DNA of 64,000 nt, taken from contig CACLNZ010000005.1 in the NCBI GenBank assembly GCA_902608415.1, positions 806 to 64,805 of the forward strand, in the 5' to 3' direction. The position numbers were made by a program, and so were the translations under genes. The first letter of the stretch is position 1, and every line of letters begins with the position of its first letter. The notes beneath the pieces are model-generated. The model saw only the letters and a program-made list of their open reading frames with translations. It did not search any database and was not told the origin of the DNA. The stretch is from an uncultured PS1 clade bacterium. Its GTDB lineage: Bacteria; Pseudomonadota; Alphaproteobacteria; MED-G09. Below, in pieces: positions 1-8,567 of the stretch.

Positions 1-1
1 A

Positions 2-1102
2 AAGCTGATCAAGAAAGCATTAGAAAGTAAACAAAATCTTAAAAACAAAACAAAAATAAGAAATGAATCTGAAAAACAGCTTATTGTTGGTAGATCAACT
101 GCTATGCAAGATTTATACAAATCTATAGCAAGGTTATCGCAAAATGACCTTACTATTATGATTTATGGCGAGAGCGGTACAGGAAAGGAATTGGTAGCTA
201 AAGCCTTACATAAATATAGCGCAAGGTCAGAAAAGCCTTTCATAGCTCTCAACATGGCTGCCATTCCTAATGATTTGATTGAAAGTGAACTTTTTGGACA
301 TGAAAAAGGATCTTTTACAGGCGCTCATCAAAAGAGCGATGGTAAATTTAAATTAGCCGAAAAGGGAACGCTATTTTTAGATGAAATTGGTGATATGCCT
401 ATAGATGCTCAAACTAGGTTGTTAAGGGTCTTACAGGAGGGTGAGTTTACGCCAATTGGAGGGAAAGAAAAAATTCAAGCAGATATAAGAATTATAGCTG
501 CAACACATAAGAATCTTTCTAATCTTATTGAGAAAGGTGAATTTAGAGAAGATTTGTTTTATAGACTCAATGTAGTCCCAATTAGCATACCTCCGCTTAG
601 AGAAAGAAAAGAAGATATTCCAGAATTAGTTAATCATTTTTTAGACAAAGCAAAAGATCTAAAACTTGAGCCAAAAAAATTTACTACTGAATCTTTTCAA
701 ATTTTAGAGAAATATCAATGGCCGGGTAATGTAAGAGAACTTGAAAATTTTATTCTGAAATTATGTGCTCTTTATACAGATGAAAATATAATGAATGAAG
801 ATCTCACCGAAGAAATATTGAATCTCCAAAAGCTTGATCAGCAAATGTTAGATACTGACAATCAATTTTCAAAAATTTTAGAAAATTATCTTTCAAGAAA
901 TATAAATAAAATTAACAAAGAGCATCAGGGAGATGTATATAACTATTTTGTAACTGAACTTGAAAAGGTTTTACTTTTGGAGGTTTTAAAAAATAAGAAT
1001 GGCAATCAATTGAAAGCTGCTGAGTTATTAGGTTTAAATAGAAATACATTGAGAAAAAAAATTACTGAACATAATATTAGTATAGATCAGGAAAGCAACT
1101 AA
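2..1102 (+). CDS. ntrC: Sigma-54-dependent response regulator NtrC, 5'-truncated by window edge (AAA+ plus Fis-type HTH domains present)
   Basis: Frame 2 is open from nt 2, with no stop before the listed ATG at 104, so the gene begins upstream of the window. Motifs: Walker A GESGTGKE; ESELFGHEKGSFTGA (GAFTGA-type loop, here GSFTGA); Walker B LFLDEIGDM; C-terminal HTH QLKAAELLGLNRNTLRKKI. It matches my memory of alphaproteobacterial NtrC better than NtrX. Confidence 0.85.
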   Translation, partial: KLIKKALESKQNLKNKTKIRNESEKQLIVGRSTAMQDLYKSIARLSQNDLTIMIYGESGTGKELVAKALHKYSARSEKPFIALNMAAIPNDLIESELFGHEKGSFTGAHQKSDGKFKLAEKGTLFLDEIGDMPIDAQTRLLRVLQEGEFTPIGGKEKIQADIRIIAATHKNLSNLIEKGEFREDLFYRLNVVPISIPPLRERKEDIPELVNHFLDKAKDLKLEPKKFTTESFQILEKYQWPGNVRELENFILKLCALYTDENIMNEDLTEEILNLQKLDQQMLDTDNQFSKILENYLSRNINKINKEHQGDVYNYFVTELEKVLLLEVLKNKNGNQLKAAELLGLNRNTLRKKITEHNISIDQESN

Positions 1103-1112
1103 GGGAGAAAAT

Positions 1113-2222
1113 ATGAGTGGACCATTAAATAAAGTAAAAGTACTTGAATTTGCTGGAATAGGGCCTGGCCCTTTTTGTGGCATGCTTTTGGCTGATATGG
1201 GTGCTGAAGTGTTAAGAATAGATAGATCTCCAAAAGGAGGATCAAAACACATAATAGAAGGACGTGGAAAAAAATCCGTTGTACTTAATCTGAAAGATCC
1301 ACATCATCTAGATATTTGTCTTGATCTGGTCTCCAAGGCTGACATACTTCAAGAGGGAATGCGACCAGGCAAAATGGAAAGTCTGGGTCTTGGACCTGAA
1401 GATTGCTTTAAAGTTAACAAGAAATTAGTCTACGGGAGGATGACCGGATGGGGTCAGCATGGAAGTCTATCTCAAGCTGCAGGTCATGATATTAATTATA
1501 TTTCCCTTACTGGAGCATTGGATGCTATTGGGAGAAAAGGAGAAAAACCCGTACCACCTTTAAATCTTATTGGTGATTTTGGCGGAGGAGCGCTTTATCT
1601 TGCCATGGGAATGTTAGCGGCTCTACATGAGGCTAATAGCTCTGGCGAAGGTCAAGTTGTAGATTGTGCTATGACTGATGGTGCGGCTTCATTAATGTCT
1701 ATGTTTTATGGTTTTACAAGTTCAAAAATTTGGCAAAACACACGTGGTTCTAATTTATTAGATACCGGCGCTCATTTTTATGATGTATACGAAACTAAGG
1801 ATAAAAAATATATTTCCATTGGATCAATTGAGCCACAATTTTATGCATTATTATTAGAAAAAGCGAATATTCAAGATCCTGACTTTGATGATCAAATGAA
1901 CCGTGAAAAATGGCCTCTTTTAAAAGATAAAATTGAAGATATTTTTCAAACAAAAACAAGAGATGAATGGTGTAATTTGATGGAAGGAACAGATGTATGT
2001 TTTAGTCCTGTACTTTCAATAAATGAGGCACCAAAACACCAACATAATATTGATAGGGAAACATTTGTAGAAATTGATGGAGTTGTTCAACCAAATGTTG
2101 CGCCAAGATTTTCAAGAACAGAGTCAAAAATTAATGGTCCTTCAGCTATAAATGGTGAGCACAATGAAACTGCTTTAATGGAATGGGGAATAAGTGAGGA
2201 AAAGGTTAAATCTATTTATTAA
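1113..2222 (+). CDS. Family III CoA-transferase fold protein, alpha-methylacyl-CoA racemase (AMACR/Mcr)-like
   Basis: VLEFAGIGPGPFCGMLLADMGAEVLRIDR, AGHDINYISLTGAL, GDFGGGALYL and IEPQFYALLLEK align along the whole length with AMACR/CaiB-BaiF family sequences as I remember them. RBS gggaga lies upstream of the ATG. Confidence 0.85.
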   Translation: MSGPLNKVKVLEFAGIGPGPFCGMLLADMGAEVLRIDRSPKGGSKHIIEGRGKKSVVLNLKDPHHLDICLDLVSKADILQEGMRPGKMESLGLGPEDCFKVNKKLVYGRMTGWGQHGSLSQAAGHDINYISLTGALDAIGRKGEKPVPPLNLIGDFGGGALYLAMGMLAALHEANSSGEGQVVDCAMTDGAASLMSMFYGFTSSKIWQNTRGSNLLDTGAHFYDVYETKDKKYISIGSIEPQFYALLLEKANIQDPDFDDQMNREKWPLLKDKIEDIFQTKTRDEWCNLMEGTDVCFSPVLSINEAPKHQHNIDRETFVEIDGVVQPNVAPRFSRTESKINGPSAINGEHNETALMEWGISEEKVKSIY

Positions 2223-2986
2223 TCACCTCTTTTTGGAAATATTAGAGCTCTAATCCAATCTAAAAATGAATTATCTTTAAGATCTTCTTTAAGTAAATAT
2301 TTCATTAATTTATTATAGTTATCAGAAATAAAAAGCTCTTCTCTTTTTCTTATTTTTTTATCGATATCAATTGATCTAATTTGTTTTGCAGGATTGCCAG
2401 CGTATATTTTATTATCTGGAATATCCGATGTCACTATTGATCCTAAACCAATAATTGAATTCGCTCCAATTGTTACTCCTTTAGAAATTTTGGATCCTTC
2501 ACCTATCCAAGCGTTTTCTTTTATTATAATTTTTTTACTTTTACCTGGTGTTTCAATTCTATCATAAACATTATGCCAATCTGCATCGCTTATATAAACA
2601 TTGCTTGCTAGCATTACATTATTGCCTATTGAGATTTCTTCAGCTGCTAATATTCTTACTCCAGGAGATATTAAAACATTATCACCAATCAGTATTTTTG
2701 CATTAGCATCATTTCTATTCCATGAACAAATTTGCGTTATAATATATTTTGAAGTTCTAAAGTGAACATTATTCCCTATAAAAATATTATCTCCATATAT
2801 ATCTAAATTCCAAGGTTTGTTGATATCAAGATTCTTACCAACAGATCTCAATTGGGGTTTTATAAAATAATAAGTCCAAAATTTATAATAATTTTCTATT
2901 AAATTTCTTATAAAGTAAGGTCTTCTATCTTTTATCAAAATTAAAAAAACCTTTAATGCATTTTGTTGGATTGAATTTTGTAACAA
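2219..2986 (-). CDS. Hexapeptide-repeat (left-handed beta-helix) acyl/acetyltransferase
   Basis: Repeated hexapeptide units: IGNNVHF, IGDNVLISPGVRI, IGNNVMLASNVYI, AWIGEGSKISKGVTIGANSIIGLGSIV. The start is TTG and overlaps the hspQ 3' end by 34 nt, so it is uncertain. Confidence 0.7.
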   Translation of the reverse strand: MLQNSIQQNALKVFLILIKDRRPYFIRNLIENYYKFWTYYFIKPQLRSVGKNLDINKPWNLDIYGDNIFIGNNVHFRTSKYIITQICSWNRNDANAKILIGDNVLISPGVRILAAEEISIGNNVMLASNVYISDADWHNVYDRIETPGKSKKIIIKENAWIGEGSKISKGVTIGANSIIGLGSIVTSDIPDNKIYAGNPAKQIRSIDIDKKIRKREELFISDNYNKLMKYLLKEDLKDNSFLDWIRALIFPKRGD

Positions 2987-3279
2987 CCATTTTTAAAAGT
3001 GCCAAAAATTTCATTGACTTGAGGGTGTCTAACTGGCTCACCAGTTTCATCAAAAAGTAAATTTTGTTCAGATACATATGCGACATATTCTGTTACTTCA
3101 TTTTCTGCTAATAGATGATAAAATGGCTGATCTTTTTTTGGTCTCATATCTTCAGGAATAGATAACCACCACTCTTCTGTATTATTAAATGTTGGATCAA
3201 CATCGAAAATTACACCTCTAAATGATAAAAATCTATGTTTAACTATTTCACCTATTTTGAACTTAGCGTCTCTTTCCAT
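2953..3279 (-). CDS. hspQ: Heat-shock protein HspQ / hemimethylated-DNA-binding YccV-like protein
   Basis: KFKIGEIVKHRFLSFRGVIFDVDPTFNNTEEWW...KDQPFYHLLAENE...AYVSEQNL is the typical alphaproteobacterial HspQ pattern. I prefer the ATG at 3279 (GGAG 6 nt upstream) over the listed TTG at 3300. Confidence 0.8.
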   Translation of the reverse strand: MERDAKFKIGEIVKHRFLSFRGVIFDVDPTFNNTEEWWLSIPEDMRPKKDQPFYHLLAENEVTEYVAYVSEQNLLFDETGEPVRHPQVNEIFGTFKNGCYKIQSNKMH

Positions 3280-3370
3280 AATATTCTCCAGAACATCCAA
3301 TAAGATATAGTCTACCTTAATCTTTTTCTTATAATTTGTAAGTATTATTATTCCTAAATTAACAAACCTA

Positions 3371-4453
3371 TCAATTTAAATGCTTAGAAAAATTCTTTGA
3401 TAGTTTAGGGTCCTTTTTTTTAATTTTTTTAGCTAATTCAATAATTACATTAGCTTGTTTTACAGTCGCTTCATCTTGCATTTTACCATCAACTTTTACA
3501 GCTCCAGTTCCATCACCCATCGCTTTGATAATTTTTGCTGCTTTTTTGACTTCATCCTCACTCGGACAAAAAACTTTTTTTGCGATATCAATTTGTGATG
3601 GATGAAGGGACCATGCTCCATGACATCCAAGAATAAAAGCATTTCTAAATTGTATTTCACATCCTTCAGTATCATCAAAATCTCCGTAAGGACCAAAAAA
3701 GGCTTTTATATTATTTGACGCACAAGCGTCTATCATTTTAGATAGGGAATAGTGCCAAAGATCTTGTTGAATAAATTTTCTTTTTGTTATTTTATCTTTT
3801 GGGTCAGATAAAATACCGTAATCGGGATGACTTCCTCCAACTCTTACGGTTTTCATGCCTCTTGATGCTGCAAGATCTGCCGGACCTAAGCTAAATCCAT
3901 GAAGCCTAGGGCTACAAGCAGCTAAAGATTCTACATTCATAACGCCTTCCGCTGTTTCAAGAATTATATGGATTTTAATTTGTTTTTTTAACTTATTTTG
4001 GGCCTCGTTAAGAGCAATAATTCTATCAGCAAATAGAATTTCTTCAGGAGTATTTATCATTGGTAGCATAATAACATCTAAAGAATTGCCCAATTCTTTT
4101 ATAAGAAAAGATATATCGTCTAAAAACCACTCGCTTGATATAGCATTTACTCTAGTCCATAAGCCTGTATTTCTGAGATTTATTTTTTTTGATTTTTTAA
4201 CAAATTCTTTTCTTGCTTTAATTTTATCTTTAGGAGAAATTCCATCTTCTAGATTACCAAGTATAACATCTGATTTTTTTGAAATTTCATCTAACTTATC
4301 TGTAACTTTTTTTAAATGAGGAGGAAAGAAATGAATTACTCTTTCTAAATCATTATTTATTTCTGATTTAGGTTTCGGAGCACCATCAGCTAATGGTTCA
4401 TAAAATTTTCTTCCAAAAGTCATTTTTTTTCTCAGTTTGGTTTTCTTAGACAT
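3371..4453 (-). CDS. HpcH/HpaI aldolase / citrate-lyase beta (CitE)-like acyl-CoA lyase family protein
   Basis: VILGNLEDGISP (LED motif), ILETAEGVMNVESLAA, GFSLGPADLAASRGM and GAWSLHPSQIDIAKKVF are CitE/malyl-CoA-lyase-like TIM-barrel motifs. The substrate cannot be assigned from sequence. Confidence 0.7.
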   Translation of the reverse strand: MSKKTKLRKKMTFGRKFYEPLADGAPKPKSEINNDLERVIHFFPPHLKKVTDKLDEISKKSDVILGNLEDGISPKDKIKARKEFVKKSKKINLRNTGLWTRVNAISSEWFLDDISFLIKELGNSLDVIMLPMINTPEEILFADRIIALNEAQNKLKKQIKIHIILETAEGVMNVESLAACSPRLHGFSLGPADLAASRGMKTVRVGGSHPDYGILSDPKDKITKRKFIQQDLWHYSLSKMIDACASNNIKAFFGPYGDFDDTEGCEIQFRNAFILGCHGAWSLHPSQIDIAKKVFCPSEDEVKKAAKIIKAMGDGTGAVKVDGKMQDEATVKQANVIIELAKKIKKKDPKLSKNFSKHLN

Positions 4454-4535
4454 ACATCAACTTACTAAAAGGAGCAAATATCTTCTTTTTTAAAAAAACA
4501 AATTATCTTATTAATATCAAAAAAAGGAAATTCAT

Positions 4536-4916
4536 ATGAAAGACTTAACTATTATACCGCCTATTGGAGAATTATTAGATAGAGAGCATATAAAAATAGA
4601 AAAAGGCCATGTAATTCACAAATATAAATTCGATAATCGCTTTGCCAATAGAAATAATGTAATAACCGGCGGTATTTTGTCCACTGCATTAGATATGTTA
4701 TGCGGCCATGCGCTTCATACAATGCATGATAATAAACATGCAACAATTGAACTTAAAACAATTTTTTTAGCCTCTGCATCTCCTGGACTTTTTTATGGAG
4801 AAGGTAATGTTATAAAGATTGGTAAATCGATCGGATTTACAGAGTCAATTTTACGCAATGAAAATGAGGAAGAGGTAGCTGCAGCATCTGCAACTTTTCG
4901 GATATTTAGTCAGTAA
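4536..4916 (+). CDS. PaaI/YigI-type hotdog-fold thioesterase
   Basis: 126 aa. GGILSTALDMLCGHAL followed by a beta-sheet-rich C-terminus is typical of 4HBT/PaaI thioesterases. RBS aaggaaa lies upstream. Confidence 0.65.
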   Translation: MKDLTIIPPIGELLDREHIKIEKGHVIHKYKFDNRFANRNNVITGGILSTALDMLCGHALHTMHDNKHATIELKTIFLASASPGLFYGEGNVIKIGKSIGFTESILRNENEEEVAAASATFRIFSQ

Positions 4917-6594
4917 TATTCAATTTTGCTTTGGTTTCATCTCTCAATCTTAATTTATAAATTTTACCCGAAGCTGTTCTTGGAAGTTTATCTTCGTGTA
5001 AATCATAATATTCAGGTATTTTAAAATTAGCGATGTAATCTTTAAGATATTTATTGAATGCACTTTCATTAAAATTATTTAATTCTTTTAATGAAATTGA
5101 ACAGCAGAGTTTTTCTCCTAATCTTTCATCAGGAATGCCATAGACGCTTGCTTCAATGATATTAGGGTGTTTATTAATTGCATCTTCTACTTCAAGGCAC
5201 GAAATATTTTCTCCACCCCTAATAACTATATCTTTAGCTCTATCAACTATATATAAAAAATTATCCTCGTCCAGATAACCTAAATCGCCTGATCTGAACC
5301 AATCATTAAAAAATGCTTCATTTGTTGCTTCTTCATTATTCCAATATTTACTAAAATTAGTTATTGATTTTATCCATACCTCGCCGACTTCATTTTCATT
5401 ACATTCTTTGTTATTGCTATCAACAATCTTAATTTTAGTTAATGGAGGTGTTGGTTTTCCAGTAGAGCCAGGTCTATTAAGATAATCATCGCCAGATATT
5501 ACAGCGCCGGCAGCATTGGTTTCTGTCAATCCATAGCCCAAACCAGGAATGGCATTAGGAAATTCATTTTTTAATTCCTTTACATGAGAAGATGGTCTTG
5601 CTGCTCCTCCTCCAGAAAGCTCCTTTAGTGATGATAAATCATATTTTTTTCTATTTTCATCACGCATAAGTTCTAATGTCATAGTTGGAACACCATTAAG
5701 TGTCGTTATTTTTTCTTTTTCTATTAAAGATAATGCTTTTTCTGATTCCCATTTATACATTATAACCATCTTCCTTCCTGATAGAAATGAAAGCATAAAC
5801 TGTGCATGACTACCAGTGACATGAAATAAGGGTACAGTTAAAAGACATGAAGGCTGTATCTCTTCATTAGCTATTATACTATCCTTAATGTTTCTTGCTG
5901 TAGCAACCACCATCCACTGAAGTAAAGTAGAAATAATAGACCTATGTGACGAACATACTCCCTTTGGATATCCTGTTGATCCAGAAGTATACAAGATTGT
6001 TGCATCATCAACAGGATTGATATCAAATATTGGCATTTTTTCAGAAAGATATTTTCTCGAGTATGATATCCAATTATTTTTATGATTTTTATTATCTGGT
6101 CTTATAACAATAATCTTAAGATTAATTTTTTTAGAGAGACTTTTAATTCTATTTAATCTTTCTTCATCAACTATCAGTATTTTAGAGTCACTATCTTCAA
6201 TACCATATTCAAGTTCTTTGGATGTCCACCAACTATTCATTGGAACAGCAATAGCTCCAATACTAGTTATTGCTATGAAGCTAAAAATCCATTCTGGGTA
6301 ATTTCTTGATGCTATGGCAATTCTGTCTCCCTTTTTTACTCCGAAGTCATTAATCAAAGAATTAGCAAAAGCTGATGAAAATTTATAAGCCTCTCTATAT
6401 GTCCATCTTTCATCTTCATAAACAATCATTTCCTTGTCTTTATGATCTTTATAAAGATTAAAATATTCAAAAAGAGTTTTTGGCCCCCAATCAAATGTTA
6501 AATACTCATATCCGTTTACTTCGATATTTTCTGTTGGAAATTCACCATTAGGTGAGCAAAGTTCTGTTACTATTTCTTCTATTTCTTTTTTCAT
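4906..6594 (-). CDS. AMP-dependent acyl-CoA synthetase/ligase
   Basis: AMP-binding motifs ILYTSGSTGYPKGV, GYGLTET, SGDLGYLDEDNFLYIVDRAKDIVIRGGENI and PRTASGKIYK. The listed ORF start (6678) runs through a tRNA gene. The first plausible start is the ATG at 6594 (MKKEIEEIV...). Confidence 0.85.
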   Translation of the reverse strand: MKKEIEEIVTELCSPNGEFPTENIEVNGYEYLTFDWGPKTLFEYFNLYKDHKDKEMIVYEDERWTYREAYKFSSAFANSLINDFGVKKGDRIAIASRNYPEWIFSFIAITSIGAIAVPMNSWWTSKELEYGIEDSDSKILIVDEERLNRIKSLSKKINLKIIVIRPDNKNHKNNWISYSRKYLSEKMPIFDINPVDDATILYTSGSTGYPKGVCSSHRSIISTLLQWMVVATARNIKDSIIANEEIQPSCLLTVPLFHVTGSHAQFMLSFLSGRKMVIMYKWESEKALSLIEKEKITTLNGVPTMTLELMRDENRKKYDLSSLKELSGGGAARPSSHVKELKNEFPNAIPGLGYGLTETNAAGAVISGDDYLNRPGSTGKPTPPLTKIKIVDSNNKECNENEVGEVWIKSITNFSKYWNNEEATNEAFFNDWFRSGDLGYLDEDNFLYIVDRAKDIVIRGGENISCLEVEDAINKHPNIIEASVYGIPDERLGEKLCCSISLKELNNFNESAFNKYLKDYIANFKIPEYYDLHEDKLPRTASGKIYKLRLRDETKAKLNITD

Positions 6595-6602
6595 TTTTTT
6601 TT

Positions 6603-6692
6603 TGGCGGAGGGGGAGGGATTCGAACCCCCGAGACGGTTGCCCGCCTGCTGGTTTTCAAGACCAGTGCCTTCAACCACTCGGCCACCCCTCC
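6603..6692 (-). tRNA. tRNA-Ser (anticodon UGA), CCA encoded
   Basis: Reverse complement reads GGAGGGGTGGCCGAGTGGTTGAAGGCACTGGTCTTGAAAACCAG...long variable arm...GGGGGTTCGAATCCCTCCCCCTCCGCCA. It has a cloverleaf, a long variable arm, and the anticodon loop CTTGAAA. Confidence 0.95.
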
Positions 6693-6711
6693 GCAGGTAT
6701 TTAATTAATGA

Positions 6712-7731
6712 TTATATTTTATCTAAAAAGTCCATCAAAATCTTGTTTACCTCATTCGGTTTTTCTTGTTGAGTCCAATGACCACATTCTTTTATTATTT
6801 GCAATTCTCTTAAATCAGAATAATTTTTATTGATGTGATCTTTAAATAGCTCGTCATCAGGCTTATCCTGTCCTGAGGACTTTAAACCATTTAAGACCAT
6901 AAAGTTTACTGGATCTAGATCGCCAGTAATAAAGCAAGACGGTTTAGAAATTTTTTCATTTGAAAGATAATTTAATTCCTCCCAATCTAAATCTATACAT
7001 CTATATCTATTTAAGGGGCCTCTCATACCACTATTTACAAATTGATCGGTATAAAATATTAAATCAGCTTCATTCAACCACTTCGGTAAAGTTTCAAAGT
7101 TTTTCATGCCATCTAAAAAGCCATCTCCTTTTAATTTTTTTTGATTAATCATTGTTTCAATATTTTTTAACATTCCTTGATAATCTGAATTTGAAAAGAT
7201 TAATTTTAGAGAGTTTTTCATATTTTTTTCAAATTCCTTTTCAGCAACCTCTTCTTCTTGAAAATATAATATGTAAAAGAAATTATTTTTATAAAGCTCT
7301 TTAAGCATTTCCGTTGGTTTAATTTCATTGCCTAGGAATGAGTGTGGAACTGAAAGCCCAGAAACTGATAAAATTCTTTCAGGATATAATAAGCTAGTAT
7401 ACCATGAGATTGGCGCTCCCCAGTCATGTCCAACTATATGCGCTTTATTTTCACCTAGATAGTCGAGTATTCCAATTAAATCAGCTGTAATTTTCTTCAT
7501 AGAGTAATCAGATGTATTTTCTGGTTTATCAGAAGAACCATACCCACGTACATCAGGAACAATAACTCTATATCCTAGTGCAGAAAAAAATTTTATTTGA
7601 TGTCTCCAACTATAAAAACTTTCAGGCCAACCATGAATAAAAAATAGGGGCGTACCAGAACCTTCAACCACAGTATTAATATTTATATTATTTGTAGGAA
7701 TTTTTATTTGTTTAAATTGCATATCTTTCAA
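6712..7731 (-). CDS. Alpha/beta-fold hydrolase, epoxide-hydrolase-like
   Basis: HGWPESFYSWRHQ (HGWP oxyanion motif), nucleophile elbow VGHDWGA, C-terminal CGHWTQQEKP. Confidence 0.8.
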   Translation of the reverse strand: MKDMQFKQIKIPTNNININTVVEGSGTPLFFIHGWPESFYSWRHQIKFFSALGYRVIVPDVRGYGSSDKPENTSDYSMKKITADLIGILDYLGENKAHIVGHDWGAPISWYTSLLYPERILSVSGLSVPHSFLGNEIKPTEMLKELYKNNFFYILYFQEEEVAEKEFEKNMKNSLKLIFSNSDYQGMLKNIETMINQKKLKGDGFLDGMKNFETLPKWLNEADLIFYTDQFVNSGMRGPLNRYRCIDLDWEELNYLSNEKISKPSCFITGDLDPVNFMVLNGLKSSGQDKPDDELFKDHINKNYSDLRELQIIKECGHWTQQEKPNEVNKILMDFLDKI

Positions 7732-7778
7732 ATATCTAAATATTTTAAATAACGAATCCTGATAATAATTCTAGATAT

Positions 7779-8567
7779 ATGTTTTTATTCAGATTCATAA
7801 CGTTTGTTTTAATATTTATATTAGTTAGTTGTACATCAAATAATTCTAATCAAAAATATAAAAGCAACAATAATTCATTTTATGGAGGGATTTATAAAAT
7901 TGGTGATCCTTATTTGATTGATAATAAAATCTATTATCCGAGAGAAAAAAAGGATTACGATGAAATAGGTGTAGCATCATGGTACGGAAGAAAATTCCAT
8001 GGAAGACCCACAGCTAATGGAGAGATATTTAATATGTATAAAGTTAGTGCTGCCCATAAAACTCTGCCCTTGCCATCTCAAGTTAAAGTTACAAACCTGG
8101 ATAATAATAAATCATTAATAATGAGAGTTAACGATCGCGGTCCATTTGCAAAAGACAGGATTATTGATTTATCGATGAAGGCAGCTGAATTATTGGGATT
8201 TAAAGAAAAAGGTACACAAAGAGTAAGGGTACAATATTTTGCTATGGCTAATATTTATGATAAATATGGAAATGTAATTTCAAAAAAGAAATATATTAAT
8301 CAATCTAATATAAACAAATATTCAAACAAAAATGAAACATATTCATTAGCTATTGGAAGTTTCACCGATATTAAAAATGTTAATAAACTTAAACAAAGTT
8401 TAAAAAGTTTTACGAAACTAAATATTGAGAAAAAAGAAATAAATAATAATCGCTTTTATAAATTGTCTATTGGACCTTATTATCGAAAAGAATATGTTAG
8501 TAAGCTTCAAGAGACCATTAGTTTTATTGGCATTAAGGATACTAAAATTTTGAAAAATGAAAACTAA
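7779..8567 (+). CDS. rlpA: Septal ring lytic transglycosylase RlpA (DPBB domain plus C-terminal SPOR domain), lipoprotein
   Basis: Signal/lipobox ...ILVSC; DPBB core GVASWYGRKFHGRPTANGEIFNMYKVSAAHKTLPLPSQVKVTNL...RVNDRGPF; SPOR-like C-terminus (YSLAIGSF...FYKLSIGPY). Confidence 0.85.
   Translation: MFLFRFITFVLIFILVSCTSNNSNQKYKSNNNSFYGGIYKIGDPYLIDNKIYYPREKKDYDEIGVASWYGRKFHGRPTANGEIFNMYKVSAAHKTLPLPSQVKVTNLDNNKSLIMRVNDRGPFAKDRIIDLSMKAAELLGFKEKGTQRVRVQYFAMANIYDKYGNVISKKKYINQSNINKYSNKNETYSLAIGSFTDIKNVNKLKQSLKSFTKLNIEKKEINNNRFYKLSIGPYYRKEYVSKLQETISFIGIKDTKILKNEN

Noticed and set aside
6595-6678. N-terminal extension of the acyl-CoA synthetase ORF (MVEGTGLENQQAGNRLGGSNPSPSAKKK...).
   Set aside because: The extension is the translation of the tRNA-Ser(UGA) gene on the same strand. 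The real start is the ATG at 6594.
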